The notes beneath the pieces were generated by a model, which saw only the letters and a program-made list of their open reading frames with translations, was not told the origin of the DNA and ran no database searches. From NCBI GenBank assembly GCA_021788365.1, contig JAJYKS010000003.1, positions 73,810 through 137,809 on the forward strand: a stretch of 64,000 nucleotides of DNA, in the 5' to 3' direction. Below, piece after piece: positions 9,900 to 19,642 of the stretch; positions within the stretch are counted from its first letter, which is position 1, and each line of letters opens with the position of its first letter. A program made the translations under genes and the position numbers. This DNA comes from a bacterium (GTDB lineage Bacteria > Patescibacteriota > Microgenomatia > UBA1400 > UBA12108).

Positions 9900-12181
9900 T
9901 GGCTTGGTAGAGGTAAGGGAGATGTGGGTACGGGGCCTAGGGAAGAATAGGAGACGTCGACAGGCGGCTCGGTAACTCCATCGGGGTAGGGAGAGCAGTC
10001 GAGGCAATAATCCTTCTCAAATGGGTCTGAAGCAACTTTATGATTTTCTGTGGAGACGTTTGCTAGCTGATCTGGGGTTGCGGGAGGGTGGTGTGTATCG
10101 TTGTTTATCACAATGTCTTTTTGCTCAATTGTAGACACGGTGGGGACCGTGCCCTTTAGGAAGTACTCGTAGCGGGTTTGGCAGGTGTTAGTCGCGTCTG
10201 GCATGACCCCGGAATCCACACAAACACTGTCACCCTCTATGCCATCTTTTGGCATTTGTGGTCCCGGTGTGTCGATACCGCGTAGTGCATAGTGCATGAT
10301 GTCGTGCCATATTGGACTGGCACCAGTGATACCAGAGGCGACATAGCTCATCGGTGAGTTGTCGTTGTTACCCACCCAGGTGGCTACTAGTCGTGTTTTT
10401 GTATAGCCGATAGTCCAGTTGTCGCGGAGATTGTTGGTGGTTCCTGTTTTTACTGAGACGACCTTGCTGGGGATATTAAGGACTGAGTTGGTACCAAATG
10501 CCATGCTGCGGGCGTTGTTGTCGGAGAGGATGTGCGAAATTAAAAAGGCAGTTTGGGGGGAAAGAACCTTTTGGACAGGGCCTGTTTCTTCTGGCACGGG
10601 CTCGTTTTCCCGCATGCTGTCGACTGTCTCAGCGGATTTTGTGGGATCGTATGATTCTAGTATCTTTCCACTTGAATCCTTAACTTCAAGTATGGAGTGG
10701 AGTGGCACGCGGGTGCCCGCATTGGCGAAGACACCATATGCCTCTGCCATGTCTGCCATCGTAACTTCGCCGCCTCCCAGGGTTAATGAGAGTCCATACA
10801 ACGACGGGTCTCCCCAAGTGGAAATGCCCATTTTTCGCGCGAAGGAGATGAAATTTTCGACGCCGTTTAGCGCAAGTACTTTTACTGCAGGAACGTTTAG
10901 CGAGTTGCCGAGGGCAAAGCGTATCTGGACGGGACCATGAAATGTCCCGTCGTAGTCGCGCGGACAGTAGTCTGGCTGACCAACTACTTGAAAGCAGGTA
11001 GGCGTGTCTAGAAGCATGGTCGAGGGAGTGATCACTTTGGTTTCTATCCCGAGTGCATAGTTTAATGGTTTAATGCTACTTCCTGGCTGGCGTAGGCTTG
11101 TCGTCACATTTACTTTGCCATCGATATCGCTACTGAAGTAGTTCTTTGAGCCGACCATAGCCAAAATTTCGCCTGTCTCCGGGTTGGTTACGAGTGCTGC
11201 GCCGTTACTTATCTTGTAGCGTCCCAAACCTTTCATCTCGGCTGCAACTGATGCCTCGGCTGCCTCTTGCAAGCCAAGATCAAGCGTTGTCGTTACACGG
11301 AGACCTCCTTGTTCCACCTTTTGGACACCATACTCGTTTTCGAGCATTTGGCGCACATACATAACGAAGTGGGGGGCGAGAATATTGGTGCCGGGGGAAG
11401 CGAAGTGAAGCGTCTCATTTTTGGCTGCGGTCGCAGTCTCTTTGGTTACGAACCCGTCGGCAACCATTTGATCCAATACCTGTGCCTGTCGTGCTTTCGC
11501 GGCGTCCGGGTTGGCGAACGGTGAATAGGTGGTTGGTGCTTGGGGAAGCCCGGCGACGAGCGCGGCCTCCGCGAGATCTAGATCTTTGGCATGTTTATCG
11601 AAGTAGGTTTCTGCAGCAGTTTCGATGCCGTAGCTTGTACCTCCGTAAGGAATATGATTTAGGTACATTTCGAGAATTTGGTTTTTGGAATAGAGAATTT
11701 CGGTGGCGATCGTAAGAAATGCCTCTTTTATCTTGCGAGTCAGGGTGCGTTCCGGCGTGAGCAGTGCGACTTTGACTAGTTGCTGGGTGATGGTGGAGCC
11801 GCCCTGCAAACCCTGACCAGTTAGCGTTTTCCAGGCAGCGCGGAGAATGCCTGTTGGTGAGATGCCAAAGTCGTGGTAGAAGTTTTTGTCTTCTATTGCG
11901 ATCGTTGCCTCCGGAATATATATCGGCAAATCGCTAAGCTTTACCGGCGTGCGATTTTGGTTGGCATAAATTTCGTAGAGCAGCTTGCCGTTCCGGTCAT
12001 AAATCTTTGTTGTTTGTGGATAGATGTTTTTGCCGAGGTTTGTGGGAGAGGGTAGGTCTTTTAGGAACATAAAAAGACCGAGGATAATGGCGGTAAGCGC
12101 TAGACCAATCCCCGCAACCAGTTTCCAGGAAAATGTTACCTTTTGTTGCTTTTTGTGAATGAATGCAAACATTTGTTCCAT
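9896..12181 (-). CDS. class A penicillin-binding protein (second PBP1A paralog)
   Basis: 761 aa; N-terminal TM; EDKNFYHDFG, GGSTITQQL, QPGSSIKP and KTGTT motifs; paralogous to 6433-8700. Confidence 0.85.
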   Translation of the reverse strand: MEQMFAFIHKKQQKVTFSWKLVAGIGLALTAIILGLFMFLKDLPSPTNLGKNIYPQTTKIYDRNGKLLYEIYANQNRTPVKLSDLPIYIPEATIAIEDKNFYHDFGISPTGILRAAWKTLTGQGLQGGSTITQQLVKVALLTPERTLTRKIKEAFLTIATEILYSKNQILEMYLNHIPYGGTSYGIETAAETYFDKHAKDLDLAEAALVAGLPQAPTTYSPFANPDAAKARQAQVLDQMVADGFVTKETATAAKNETLHFASPGTNILAPHFVMYVRQMLENEYGVQKVEQGGLRVTTTLDLGLQEAAEASVAAEMKGLGRYKISNGAALVTNPETGEILAMVGSKNYFSSDIDGKVNVTTSLRQPGSSIKPLNYALGIETKVITPSTMLLDTPTCFQVVGQPDYCPRDYDGTFHGPVQIRFALGNSLNVPAVKVLALNGVENFISFARKMGISTWGDPSLYGLSLTLGGGEVTMADMAEAYGVFANAGTRVPLHSILEVKDSSGKILESYDPTKSAETVDSMRENEPVPEETGPVQKVLSPQTAFLISHILSDNNARSMAFGTNSVLNIPSKVVSVKTGTTNNLRDNWTIGYTKTRLVATWVGNNDNSPMSYVASGITGASPIWHDIMHYALRGIDTPGPQMPKDGIEGDSVCVDSGVMPDATNTCQTRYEYFLKGTVPTVSTIEQKDIVINNDTHHPPATPDQLANVSTENHKVASDPFEKDYCLDCSPYPDGVTEPPVDVSYSSLGPVPTSPLPLPSQ

Positions 12182-12232
12182 TATACCGCAGAGGAACTAT
12201 CGTAATCTGAACGTGGTATACTCGCTGTCACG

Positions 12233-12868
12233 ATGATGCCAGTTGATGACGTAATGGTTGAGCTTGATCGTCAAAGGAAACGCGGGGTGCTTTTGGTGTT
12301 GTCTGGTCCTTCTGGAGTGGGCAAGGACACCGTCATGCTCCGGCTTCTTGAGAAATATCCCAAGATGGAAAAGTTAGTTACTACGAATAGTAGACCAAAG
12401 CGATCAGACGAACGTGATGGGTATGATTATCATTTTGTCACCCGAGAGGAGTTTGAGAAACTTATAGCCGAGGAGGCGTTTTTCGAGTGGGTAGAGTACC
12501 GTGGCCACTACCGTGGCGGGCAGAAAAAGCATGTACAGCAAGCCCTTGACTCTGGGAAAGACGTTATATGGCGGATTGATGTTCGCGGTGTCAAAAATAT
12601 ACGGGAAAAGGTAAAGGAGATGTTTCCCCACTCTGCATTTGTGCTTTTGGCTGTCCGCGATCTTGATACCCTGAAGAAGCGAATGGAAGAGCGAGCATCT
12701 GAATCTCAGGAAGGTCTGGCGTGGAGTATGGATATGGCGCTGTGGGAACAGCGGCAATGGCACGATTTTGACTATGTGGTGGAGAATGAGAACGGTAATC
12801 TGGATTCGACGGTTGATCGTGTCGCAAAAATCGTTGAGGTGACACGTATGAAAGTTGCCGGTAACTAG
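12233..12868 (+). CDS. gmk: guanylate kinase
   Basis: LVLSGPSGVGKDTV P-loop and the overall Gmk layout. Confidence 0.85.
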   Translation: MMPVDDVMVELDRQRKRGVLLVLSGPSGVGKDTVMLRLLEKYPKMEKLVTTNSRPKRSDERDGYDYHFVTREEFEKLIAEEAFFEWVEYRGHYRGGQKKHVQQALDSGKDVIWRIDVRGVKNIREKVKEMFPHSAFVLLAVRDLDTLKKRMEERASESQEGLAWSMDMALWEQRQWHDFDYVVENENGNLDSTVDRVAKIVEVTRMKVAGN

Positions 12869-12925
12869 CGTTTCAGGGCGTAGTGGTTGCTGAAAATAAC
12901 CTGACAAGGTACAATACTATACATT

Positions 12926-14149
12926 GTGTCTGGCAGTTCGGTAGGCAGCACCATTGCCCGGGCAGTCAAAACCCATTTCGATAGTGAGGTGGCGTTTCTT
13001 TCAACTTTGGTTAAATCTAAAAGCCCTAACCCTTACACGCCCCAAGATTCTCCCTTACACGAGGAGGTTGAAGGTGAGGTACCCACACTTATTTTCGAGG
13101 AGTTGAAAACCATCGGCCTCTCTCCGCGCTACCTAGGGGCAAGTCGTGAGCGGCCAAATGTTGTCGTTGAGTGGGGTGAGAAGCGAGCACGAAATATTCT
13201 TATGCTCAATGGTCACATGGATACGATACCACCCGAGGGGAAAGATGTGGTTCTTCCGTATTCTGGAGCAGTAAGAGGTGGCAAGTTGTATGGCTTGGGG
13301 GCACTTGATATGAAGGCGACTCTTGCCGCATACGTATACGCGGTTCGTGCACTCATTACTGCTAAGGTAAAAATTACTGGTAAGCTTCATCTAGCTTTTG
13401 TTGTCGACGAGGAATCGGGGGCGTGCAGCCCATACGGTACTCGTTATCTTCTTGAGCAGGGCTGTGTGCCAAAAGCCTGCATTATCGGCGAGCATGGAAC
13501 TGATTACGTTCGTGTAGGGCAGCGCGGTAGTTATCGGTTCCGCATTGTTGTCCGCGGTGAGGCGGTTCATACCGGTGTCTCAGCGTGGGAGCGAGGTGAG
13601 ATGGGCCACAATGCCATTGTCGATATGGCAAAGGCGATTGAGGTGTTACAGGGACTCGAGGTTCCGTTTAAGGTGTCGCGGATGTTTATTGGACGCAAAC
13701 CCGTCTTTACCTTTCCTACTCGGATCACGGGTGGTTCGGCGATGAATGTGGTCCCGGATATGTGCGAAGCATATGGTGATGTGCGACTTCTTCCTGGGAA
13801 CTCCGATAGCCAAGTAAAAATGCTCATGGTAGAGCGGTTATCCAAGCTAGGTATTACCTACGAGATACAAGACCTTGCGTATGTGCCGGCGGTAGAAATT
13901 GACCCTCACGACCCACTTGTTCTTACGCTACAAAAGGCTGCGAGGGAGGTAACGGGCAAAACTCCTGAGGTACGTGTGTCTGGACCGGCGACTGACGGAT
14001 GGATGCTTGTCAAGCGTGATATTCCCACTATCATGGGTTACGGACCAAATGGTGGGGGGGAGCATGGAAGGGGAGAGTGGGTGGACCTTGAGTCGCTTCG
14101 CCAGGTGACGGAAGTGTATGCTAGGATGATAGCGAGTTATTTAGCCTAG
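12926..14149 (+). CDS. M20-family metallopeptidase (ArgE/DapE-like deacylase)
   Basis: 407 aa; LMLNGHMDTIPP, a dimerisation domain and C-terminal EHG...GEW typical of M20 enzymes. Confidence 0.75.
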   Translation: MSGSSVGSTIARAVKTHFDSEVAFLSTLVKSKSPNPYTPQDSPLHEEVEGEVPTLIFEELKTIGLSPRYLGASRERPNVVVEWGEKRARNILMLNGHMDTIPPEGKDVVLPYSGAVRGGKLYGLGALDMKATLAAYVYAVRALITAKVKITGKLHLAFVVDEESGACSPYGTRYLLEQGCVPKACIIGEHGTDYVRVGQRGSYRFRIVVRGEAVHTGVSAWERGEMGHNAIVDMAKAIEVLQGLEVPFKVSRMFIGRKPVFTFPTRITGGSAMNVVPDMCEAYGDVRLLPGNSDSQVKMLMVERLSKLGITYEIQDLAYVPAVEIDPHDPLVLTLQKAAREVTGKTPEVRVSGPATDGWMLVKRDIPTIMGYGPNGGGEHGRGEWVDLESLRQVTEVYARMIASYLA

Positions 14150-14155
14150 AGGCGT

Positions 14156-14761
14156 ATGCGATATATTAATGGTTTGCTTGTTGGTTTCTTGGTTTTTAGT
14201 GGGTTTCTTGTTGGGTTTGTCTCGCTCTACCTTTCTTCGCTTTCTGGTGTTATGAATAGACTGGGATTTGTGGGTGGAGATTTGACGCGTGAGGTGAGGG
14301 TAAACGATCTTGTACGGGGTCTCCGCGACATACCGGACAAGCCATTGTGCGATTTTTGGGGAGCTATCGCACCCGTCCCGTCGTACCTATTTGCTCGTGG
14401 TGAACAACGTACCGTATTAGGTTTTACCCTGGGTTATGATCGGGTGGTATGTGGAACCCACTATATTATCTCCGGTAACGCGGAGCGCGGTATCTACACT
14501 ATTCTCAAAGGCATTTACTATCTGAGAAGCAGTTATTTAGAGCTTGGGAAATCGATTCCACAGTCGCCCGCCTTGTGTATGCTTCGTGAGGGAGATACGG
14601 TGGACCCGTGGGTAGCCGCTTATTTGTCTGCCTCGCGTGGTACGGCGCATGACGTCATCTACAACGCGTGGCGAGAGGTATTCGAGGATAGGGCGCATGT
14701 GGCCGAACTATGCAATGTGATACGAAAAAATGCAGTTGACGGAGCTTCGCTTACCTTCTAG
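14156..14761 (+). CDS. hypothetical membrane protein
   Basis: 201 aa; N-terminal TM helix; no recognised motifs. Confidence 0.4.
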   Translation: MRYINGLLVGFLVFSGFLVGFVSLYLSSLSGVMNRLGFVGGDLTREVRVNDLVRGLRDIPDKPLCDFWGAIAPVPSYLFARGEQRTVLGFTLGYDRVVCGTHYIISGNAERGIYTILKGIYYLRSSYLELGKSIPQSPALCMLREGDTVDPWVAAYLSASRGTAHDVIYNAWREVFEDRAHVAELCNVIRKNAVDGASLTF

Positions 14762-14869
14762 GATCTAGCTGTTAACAAGTGAACGATGTGAGAGTGCAAG
14801 GAACCCAGTGACCCGCCTCCCGAGGCAGGAATTCTGGGGCTGTGCCGCAACCGTGAATGAGCCGCCTGT

Positions 14870-16177
14870 TTGGCGAGCCAAGCCGGGAACTTCCTTTCAG
14901 ATTGCCTTATTTCGCGTCTCCCGAGCAAGGAGATGGAGGAGTTCTTTGTGACCGTAGAGTCTTTGCACCAAGAGTTGATTGCCAAACCTGATATGGATAG
15001 TTTACAGGCTTGGATGGTTTTGGGATTTCCTGATATTGGTGGTTTTGATCTGGTAAGTGAAAAAGACCTGCAACAACGTTTTTCTTTGGGAGTATATGTT
15101 CGGATGCATGAAGCGGAGGGAATTAGCAGGGACGAATTGGAGAGTCGCTTTGCGGCAGATGCGGTCACGTACGTAGAAGAATATGTTTTGAGGGTAAAGT
15201 TGGGGCAACGCGAACTTGAGCTTAGGGATCACGACTTGTTTTCGTCAAAATTTGGTTCCAAGTCTGTTCTTTCTATGTGCAAGGATGCGGTAGTTGCCCG
15301 CGAGAAAAAGAATATTGATCCAATCCGTGCAAAACACGAAGGATTGGGTATTTCGAATTTGGTGAAACTTTTGGAAGTAACACGGCCGGGAGAGGTAGTG
15401 GTGATCGTGAGTCCTCCTGATCCGGGCGATAAGAATATGGCGGGGTACACGATGGTGTATTTATATGAGAAACAAGACAACGGAAAGATTTGGTTTGGTG
15501 CGGTTCGTGATGAGGGGAGAGGTATTGGTGATTGGCAGAAATTTGCAGCAGAAACTAGCTTATGGCAGGAGGATTGGGGAGACTACGATCATCTAAAATT
15601 TGTGGCTTTACCCTATGTTGCCAAGAATAGCCTCGGGGAAGTTTTGAATAAGTTAGGGGTGACTAGTGACCCTGATGACATCCCTCTTTGGATACGGCGA
15701 GAAGCACAGACTAGTGCAAAACTCATCGCAGCGAATATTGAGGTAGGAAACAAGGTTATGGCGCAGCGTGTGCTTGATGCATTCAAGACGGCGGTGATTG
15801 CCGGAAGAGATAAGACAGAAGTAGGAGAGCATGGGTATTCGGTGGCGAGGATGACAATGGATCCCCGCTACTTGATGATGGTCCAACGCTTTTTCGATAT
15901 TGGTGGTGGGGGGAGGTTTATCGCTGCTGGCGGAATATGTGGTATAGATGAGATTAACTCATTGACTGGAGAACCTATGAACAACAACAATGCACTATCA
16001 GATGTTATGGGGATAGATGAGCGGAAAACCACTAAAACTTCTAGCAGCGAGAGCACCGGGATGCATTGTGGTGCATGTTGCGGATCCCACGTTGCAAAAG
16101 AGGGGGATATGTACGTTTGTAAGGACTGTGGGGCATCGATTGAGTGCGCAAAAGTAGATAAACCAGCGGGGCCGTAG
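14870..16177 (+). CDS. hypothetical protein with a C-terminal CxxC...CxxC zinc ribbon
   Basis: 435 aa; ends HCGACCGSH...CKDCGASIEC; sits immediately upstream of nrdR; true start uncertain (alternative Met at MEEFFVTV). Confidence 0.45.
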   Translation: MASQAGNFLSDCLISRLPSKEMEEFFVTVESLHQELIAKPDMDSLQAWMVLGFPDIGGFDLVSEKDLQQRFSLGVYVRMHEAEGISRDELESRFAADAVTYVEEYVLRVKLGQRELELRDHDLFSSKFGSKSVLSMCKDAVVAREKKNIDPIRAKHEGLGISNLVKLLEVTRPGEVVVIVSPPDPGDKNMAGYTMVYLYEKQDNGKIWFGAVRDEGRGIGDWQKFAAETSLWQEDWGDYDHLKFVALPYVAKNSLGEVLNKLGVTSDPDDIPLWIRREAQTSAKLIAANIEVGNKVMAQRVLDAFKTAVIAGRDKTEVGEHGYSVARMTMDPRYLMMVQRFFDIGGGGRFIAAGGICGIDEINSLTGEPMNNNNALSDVMGIDERKTTKTSSSESTGMHCGACCGSHVAKEGDMYVCKDCGASIECAKVDKPAGP

Positions 16178-16208
16178 TACCTGCTCCTGTTTGATGTAGT
16201 CGTTCCTA

Positions 16209-16262
16209 GTTGACGCCGCTAACCGTAGGGGTTACGTTAGATGAGCCCTACTATATGTAGGG
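16209..16262 (+). promoter_or_regulatory. candidate sigma70-like promoter (TTGACG-N17-TACGTT) followed by an NrdR-box-like palindrome CCCTACTATATGTAGGG upstream of nrdR
   Basis: Direct reading. The palindrome at 16246-16262 resembles the published NrdR box core (CAC-TATATATA-GTG type) and is 28 nt upstream of the nrdR ATG. Confidence 0.4.
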
Positions 16263-16289
16263 TTTTGGTTTCTACGAGGAGATCCAGAT

Positions 16290-16748
16290 ATGCAATGCCC
16301 TTACTGTCACAACGAAGATACTTCTGTACTCGAGAGTCGGATCACGGAAGATGGGGGCGCTATGCGCCGTCGCCGAGAGTGTGTGAAGTGTGGCAAACGT
16401 TTTACCACCTACGAACGCGCGGAGGGAGTAGATATCAAGGTGGTGAAGAAAACGGGGAAGATAGAGGACTTTGACCGGGAGAAGCTAAAGCGGGGCATCA
16501 TGAAGGCTACCTGGAAACGCCCTGTCTCGATGGAGCAGATTGAGGAGATGGTGGACGAAGTAGAGCGCATCTTACGTCGCAAGAGCTCGACCGAAGTTCG
16601 GAGTTGGGAGATAGGAAATCTTGTGATCAATCGCTTGAAAAAGATCGATCCACTAGCTTATTTACTTTTTGCCTCGGTGTATCGTGAGTTCGAGAACCTC
16701 TCGGATTTTGAGGAGGAAATAAAGAAACTTCAGGAGACAACTCCATGA
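16290..16748 (+). CDS. nrdR: transcriptional repressor NrdR (zinc ribbon + ATP-cone)
   Basis: MQCPYCHNEDTSVLESR...CVKCGKRFTTYE zinc ribbon followed by an ATP-cone. Confidence 0.85.
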   Translation: MQCPYCHNEDTSVLESRITEDGGAMRRRRECVKCGKRFTTYERAEGVDIKVVKKTGKIEDFDREKLKRGIMKATWKRPVSMEQIEEMVDEVERILRRKSSTEVRSWEIGNLVINRLKKIDPLAYLLFASVYREFENLSDFEEEIKKLQETTP

Positions 16749-18751
16749 AGGTAACAAAACTTAACGCCAATGCTGCGGCTATCATGGTAAACCGCTATTC
16801 GTTACGAGATGAGGCGGGGCACCCGGTGGAGTCTCCGACTGAGATATTTATGCGTGCAGCACGGGTAGTTGCCGAGGCGGAGAATAACTATCGGAGTAGC
16901 GGTACCACCGCTATGCAGGTGCAAGAGCAGTTTTTCGAGATTATGTATGAGATGCGGTTCGTGCCAAACGGCCGCACCATGGCCAACGCCGGGACGAAGT
17001 ACGGGCAGCTGGCTAACTGCTTTGTACTGCCAATCGACGATGATTTGGGAAAGGGGACAGATTCGATCTTTTCGGTTCTCCGTAAGGCTATTCTCACGCT
17101 ACAGACTGGCGGGGGAGTGGGGTTTTCGTTTGGACGTATCCGACCGAAGGATGCCTCAATTTCCACCTCGAAGGGCAAGGCGACCGGTGCGGTGTCATTT
17201 ATTAAAGTGTACGATACGGCGTTTTGGGTCATTGGCCAAGGTGGGGGGCGTAGGTCTGCAGCTATGGCAGTCCTCCCCGTGTGGCACCCGGATATTTTTG
17301 AGTTTGTAAAATGCAAGGCAACCGAAGGGCAGATAACCAACTTCAATATCTCTGTGGGCCTTACCGATGAATTTATGAAGGCGGTTGCGAAAGACGATGA
17401 TTTTGCTCTCCGCCACCCGGAGAACGGTGAGCTGTACCGTATGGTGCCTGCCCGCGAACTATTTGCCGAGATCGTGAAGTACGCGTACAAGAACGGTGAG
17501 CCGGGAGTCCTTTTCCTCGATGAGGCAAACCGTTTTAACCCCGTGCCGCACCTTTACAAGCTGGAGGCGACCAACCCGTGCGGCGAGCAATTTTTAGGAC
17601 CATATGAGAACTGCTGCCTAGGCAGTGTAAATCTGCGAGAGCACGCGAAGAAGATAAAAGGAGACGGGTATCAACTAGACTGGAACAAGCTTGCCGAGAC
17701 GGTGGAGCTCTCTGTGCGATTCCTCGATAATGTGGTGGACGCCAACAAGTACGTATCGGCGGTACCAGAGCTTGAAGAAGCGGCGCATAAAGTACGCCGT
17801 ATTGGTCTCTCCATCATGGGACTATCTGACCTCATGTATATTCTGGGAGTGCGATATGGCTCGCCGAAAGGACAGGAGCTAGCAAGTCAGATTATGGAGT
17901 TTATTCGCTACCACGCTATGAGCTCGTCTATCGAGCTTGCTCGCGAGCGTGGGCCATTTCCCGGCATTACCGGTAGTATCTATGACCCACAGAACGTGAC
18001 GTGGAAACCGCCCAAGGGGCTTGTTAAACATATGGCGGACTTCGGCAGGCCCGCACTTGAGTGGAAGCATATTCTGGAGGGTCTTAAGCAATATGGCATC
18101 CGCAACGGAGCACAGACGACGATCGCGCCGACGGGTTCTATTGCGACCATTTCTGGGCTTGAAGGCTATGGGTGTGAGCCGGTATTTGCCCTCTCCTATA
18201 CCCGTCACACGCGAGAAGGGGCGGAAAAAGAGGGTAAGGAGTGGCGAGAGATGTACTATACTTCGACGTTGTTTGAGCAGGCGCTGAAGAGCGAAGGAGT
18301 CGCTGCTGCCGAACGGAGGAAAATATTTGAGGCAGTACGTGAGGCCGGTGGGAGTTGCCAGAAAGTTGCTGGTATTCCAAAGCGCATTCTTGATACGTTT
18401 GTCATATCCTCTGACCTGTCAGTGGAAGAACACGTACGAATGCAGGCTGTTATGCAGAGCTGGCTCGATAACAGTATTAGCAAAACGATTAATTTCCCAC
18501 GGGACGCGACGCCGGATGATGTTGCTAAAGCATATCAACTGGGGTGGGAGCTGAAACTCCGTGGCATGACCGTGTATGTCGAGGGCTCGCGGGAGCAGGT
18601 GGTACTGGAGAAAAAATCGGGACCATTTGAGACGAAGGAAAATAAACAGGTAACCAGTGAGGAACTCTGCCCCGAGTGTGGCACGCCACTACGGATTGCC
18701 GAGGGGTGCTCGACGTGCCCGTCGTGTGCGTATTCGAGATGCGATAAATGA
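16745..18751 (+). CDS. nrdJ: class II (adenosylcobalamin-dependent) ribonucleotide reductase, copy 1
   Basis: 668 aa; NPCGEQ...CCLGSVNL active-site motif, [10 protein letters not shown]-terminal CPECG...CSTCPSC zinc ribbon; start overlaps the nrdR stop. Confidence 0.85.
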   Translation: MKVTKLNANAAAIMVNRYSLRDEAGHPVESPTEIFMRAARVVAEAENNYRSSGTTAMQVQEQFFEIMYEMRFVPNGRTMANAGTKYGQLANCFVLPIDDDLGKGTDSIFSVLRKAILTLQTGGGVGFSFGRIRPKDASISTSKGKATGAVSFIKVYDTAFWVIGQGGGRRSAAMAVLPVWHPDIFEFVKCKATEGQITNFNISVGLTDEFMKAVAKDDDFALRHPENGELYRMVPARELFAEIVKYAYKNGEPGVLFLDEANRFNPVPHLYKLEATNPCGEQFLGPYENCCLGSVNLREHAKKIKGDGYQLDWNKLAETVELSVRFLDNVVDANKYVSAVPELEEAAHKVRRIGLSIMGLSDLMYILGVRYGSPKGQELASQIMEFIRYHAMSSSIELARERGPFPGITGSIYDPQNVTWKPPKGLVKHMADFGRPALEWKHILEGLKQYGIRNGAQTTIAPTGSIATISGLEGYGCEPVFALSYTRHTREGAEKEGKEWREMYYTSTLFEQALKSEGVAAAERRKIFEAVREAGGSCQKVAGIPKRILDTFVISSDLSVEEHVRMQAVMQSWLDNSISKTINFPRDATPDDVAKAYQLGWELKLRGMTVYVEGSREQVVLEKKSGPFETKENKQVTSEELCPECGTPLRIAEGCSTCPSCAYSRCDK

Positions 18752-18815
18752 TCGGTAAGTCAGCGAATCGGCTAGTCAGCTAGTCGGTTCGTCAGTTAAT
18801 CGGAGAATCAGAGAT
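18752..18815. repeat. intergenic short-repeat cluster (AGTCAGCGAATCGGCTAG followed by TAGTCAGC tandem units)
   Basis: tcggtaagtcagcgaatcggctagtcagctagtcggttcgtcagttaatcgg. Same motif family as 1282-1413 and 23961-24010. Confidence 0.5.
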
Positions 18816-19223
18816 ATGACAAATAGTCAGTTAATAGACAAACTAGCGTGGTTGCACTTTGAGGATAAGCAGCTTTTGATGACGTTGAGCAAAGGGAAAG
18901 ATACTTACTATATCCCTGGCGGTAAACGGGAGGGGAGCGAGTCTGATGAAGAAGCGCTGGTAAGGGAAGTAAAGGAGGAGCTGACTGTGGATTTGAATAA
19001 AAGTACGATCAAACATTACGGTACGTTTGAGGCTCAGGCTCATGGGAAGCCAATTGGAACAATAGTGAGAATGACGTGTTATTTCGCCGATTACTCAGGG
19101 AAGTTGCAACCAAGTATGGAGATACAAAACATCGATTATTACACCTATGCACAGCGAGATATTGTTGGCCCAGTGGACCAAATAATTTTTGACGACTTAT
19201 ACGAAAAGGGTCTACTGAAATGA
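18816..19223 (+). CDS. NUDIX hydrolase
   Basis: 135 aa; Nudix box GGKREGSESDEEALVREVKEELTV. Confidence 0.7.
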   Translation: MTNSQLIDKLAWLHFEDKQLLMTLSKGKDTYYIPGGKREGSESDEEALVREVKEELTVDLNKSTIKHYGTFEAQAHGKPIGTIVRMTCYFADYSGKLQPSMEIQNIDYYTYAQRDIVGPVDQIIFDDLYEKGLLK

Positions 19224-19642
19224 AAACAAGAATTGGAGCAGTTGGGATCATACAAAATACGGACGGAGAAGTTCTTATTTGTAAGATGCCGGCAAAGCGG
19301 GGAATGTACCCAGAGCAGTGGGGCATACTCGGTGGTGGCATGGAAGATGGTGAAAAAATTGAAGATACCCTAAAACGCGAGGCAAAGGAAGAGTTGGGAA
19401 TTATCCTCAAAAATATACGACCATTTACCTTCCACGATGATACGCGCACAAAGTATTTTGCCGACGGACACACGGAAGAGGTCTATATGGTCTATTGTAT
19501 TTTTGATTGTGAAATAGCGGGTGGAAACGTAGTTCTTAACGACGAATGGGAAGAGTTTGTGTGGGTAAATCCAGAAAGACTCAGTGAGTATGATTTGAAT
19601 GATCCAACGATAAAGACGTTTACGTTGAAGGGTTGGCTATGA
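19220..19642 (+). CDS. NUDIX hydrolase
   Basis: 140 aa; Nudix box GGGMEDGEKIEDTLKREAKEELGI; start overlaps the previous stop. Confidence 0.75.
   Translation: MKTRIGAVGIIQNTDGEVLICKMPAKRGMYPEQWGILGGGMEDGEKIEDTLKREAKEELGIILKNIRPFTFHDDTRTKYFADGHTEEVYMVYCIFDCEIAGGNVVLNDEWEEFVWVNPERLSEYDLNDPTIKTFTLKGWL

Noticed and set aside
10419-10940. Antisense/alternative-frame ORFs inside the PBP genes (for example 10419-10940 +, 7343-7879 +, 6597-6899 +)
   Set aside because: They are fully embedded in strongly supported PBP coding sequence on the opposite strand, with low-complexity translations.
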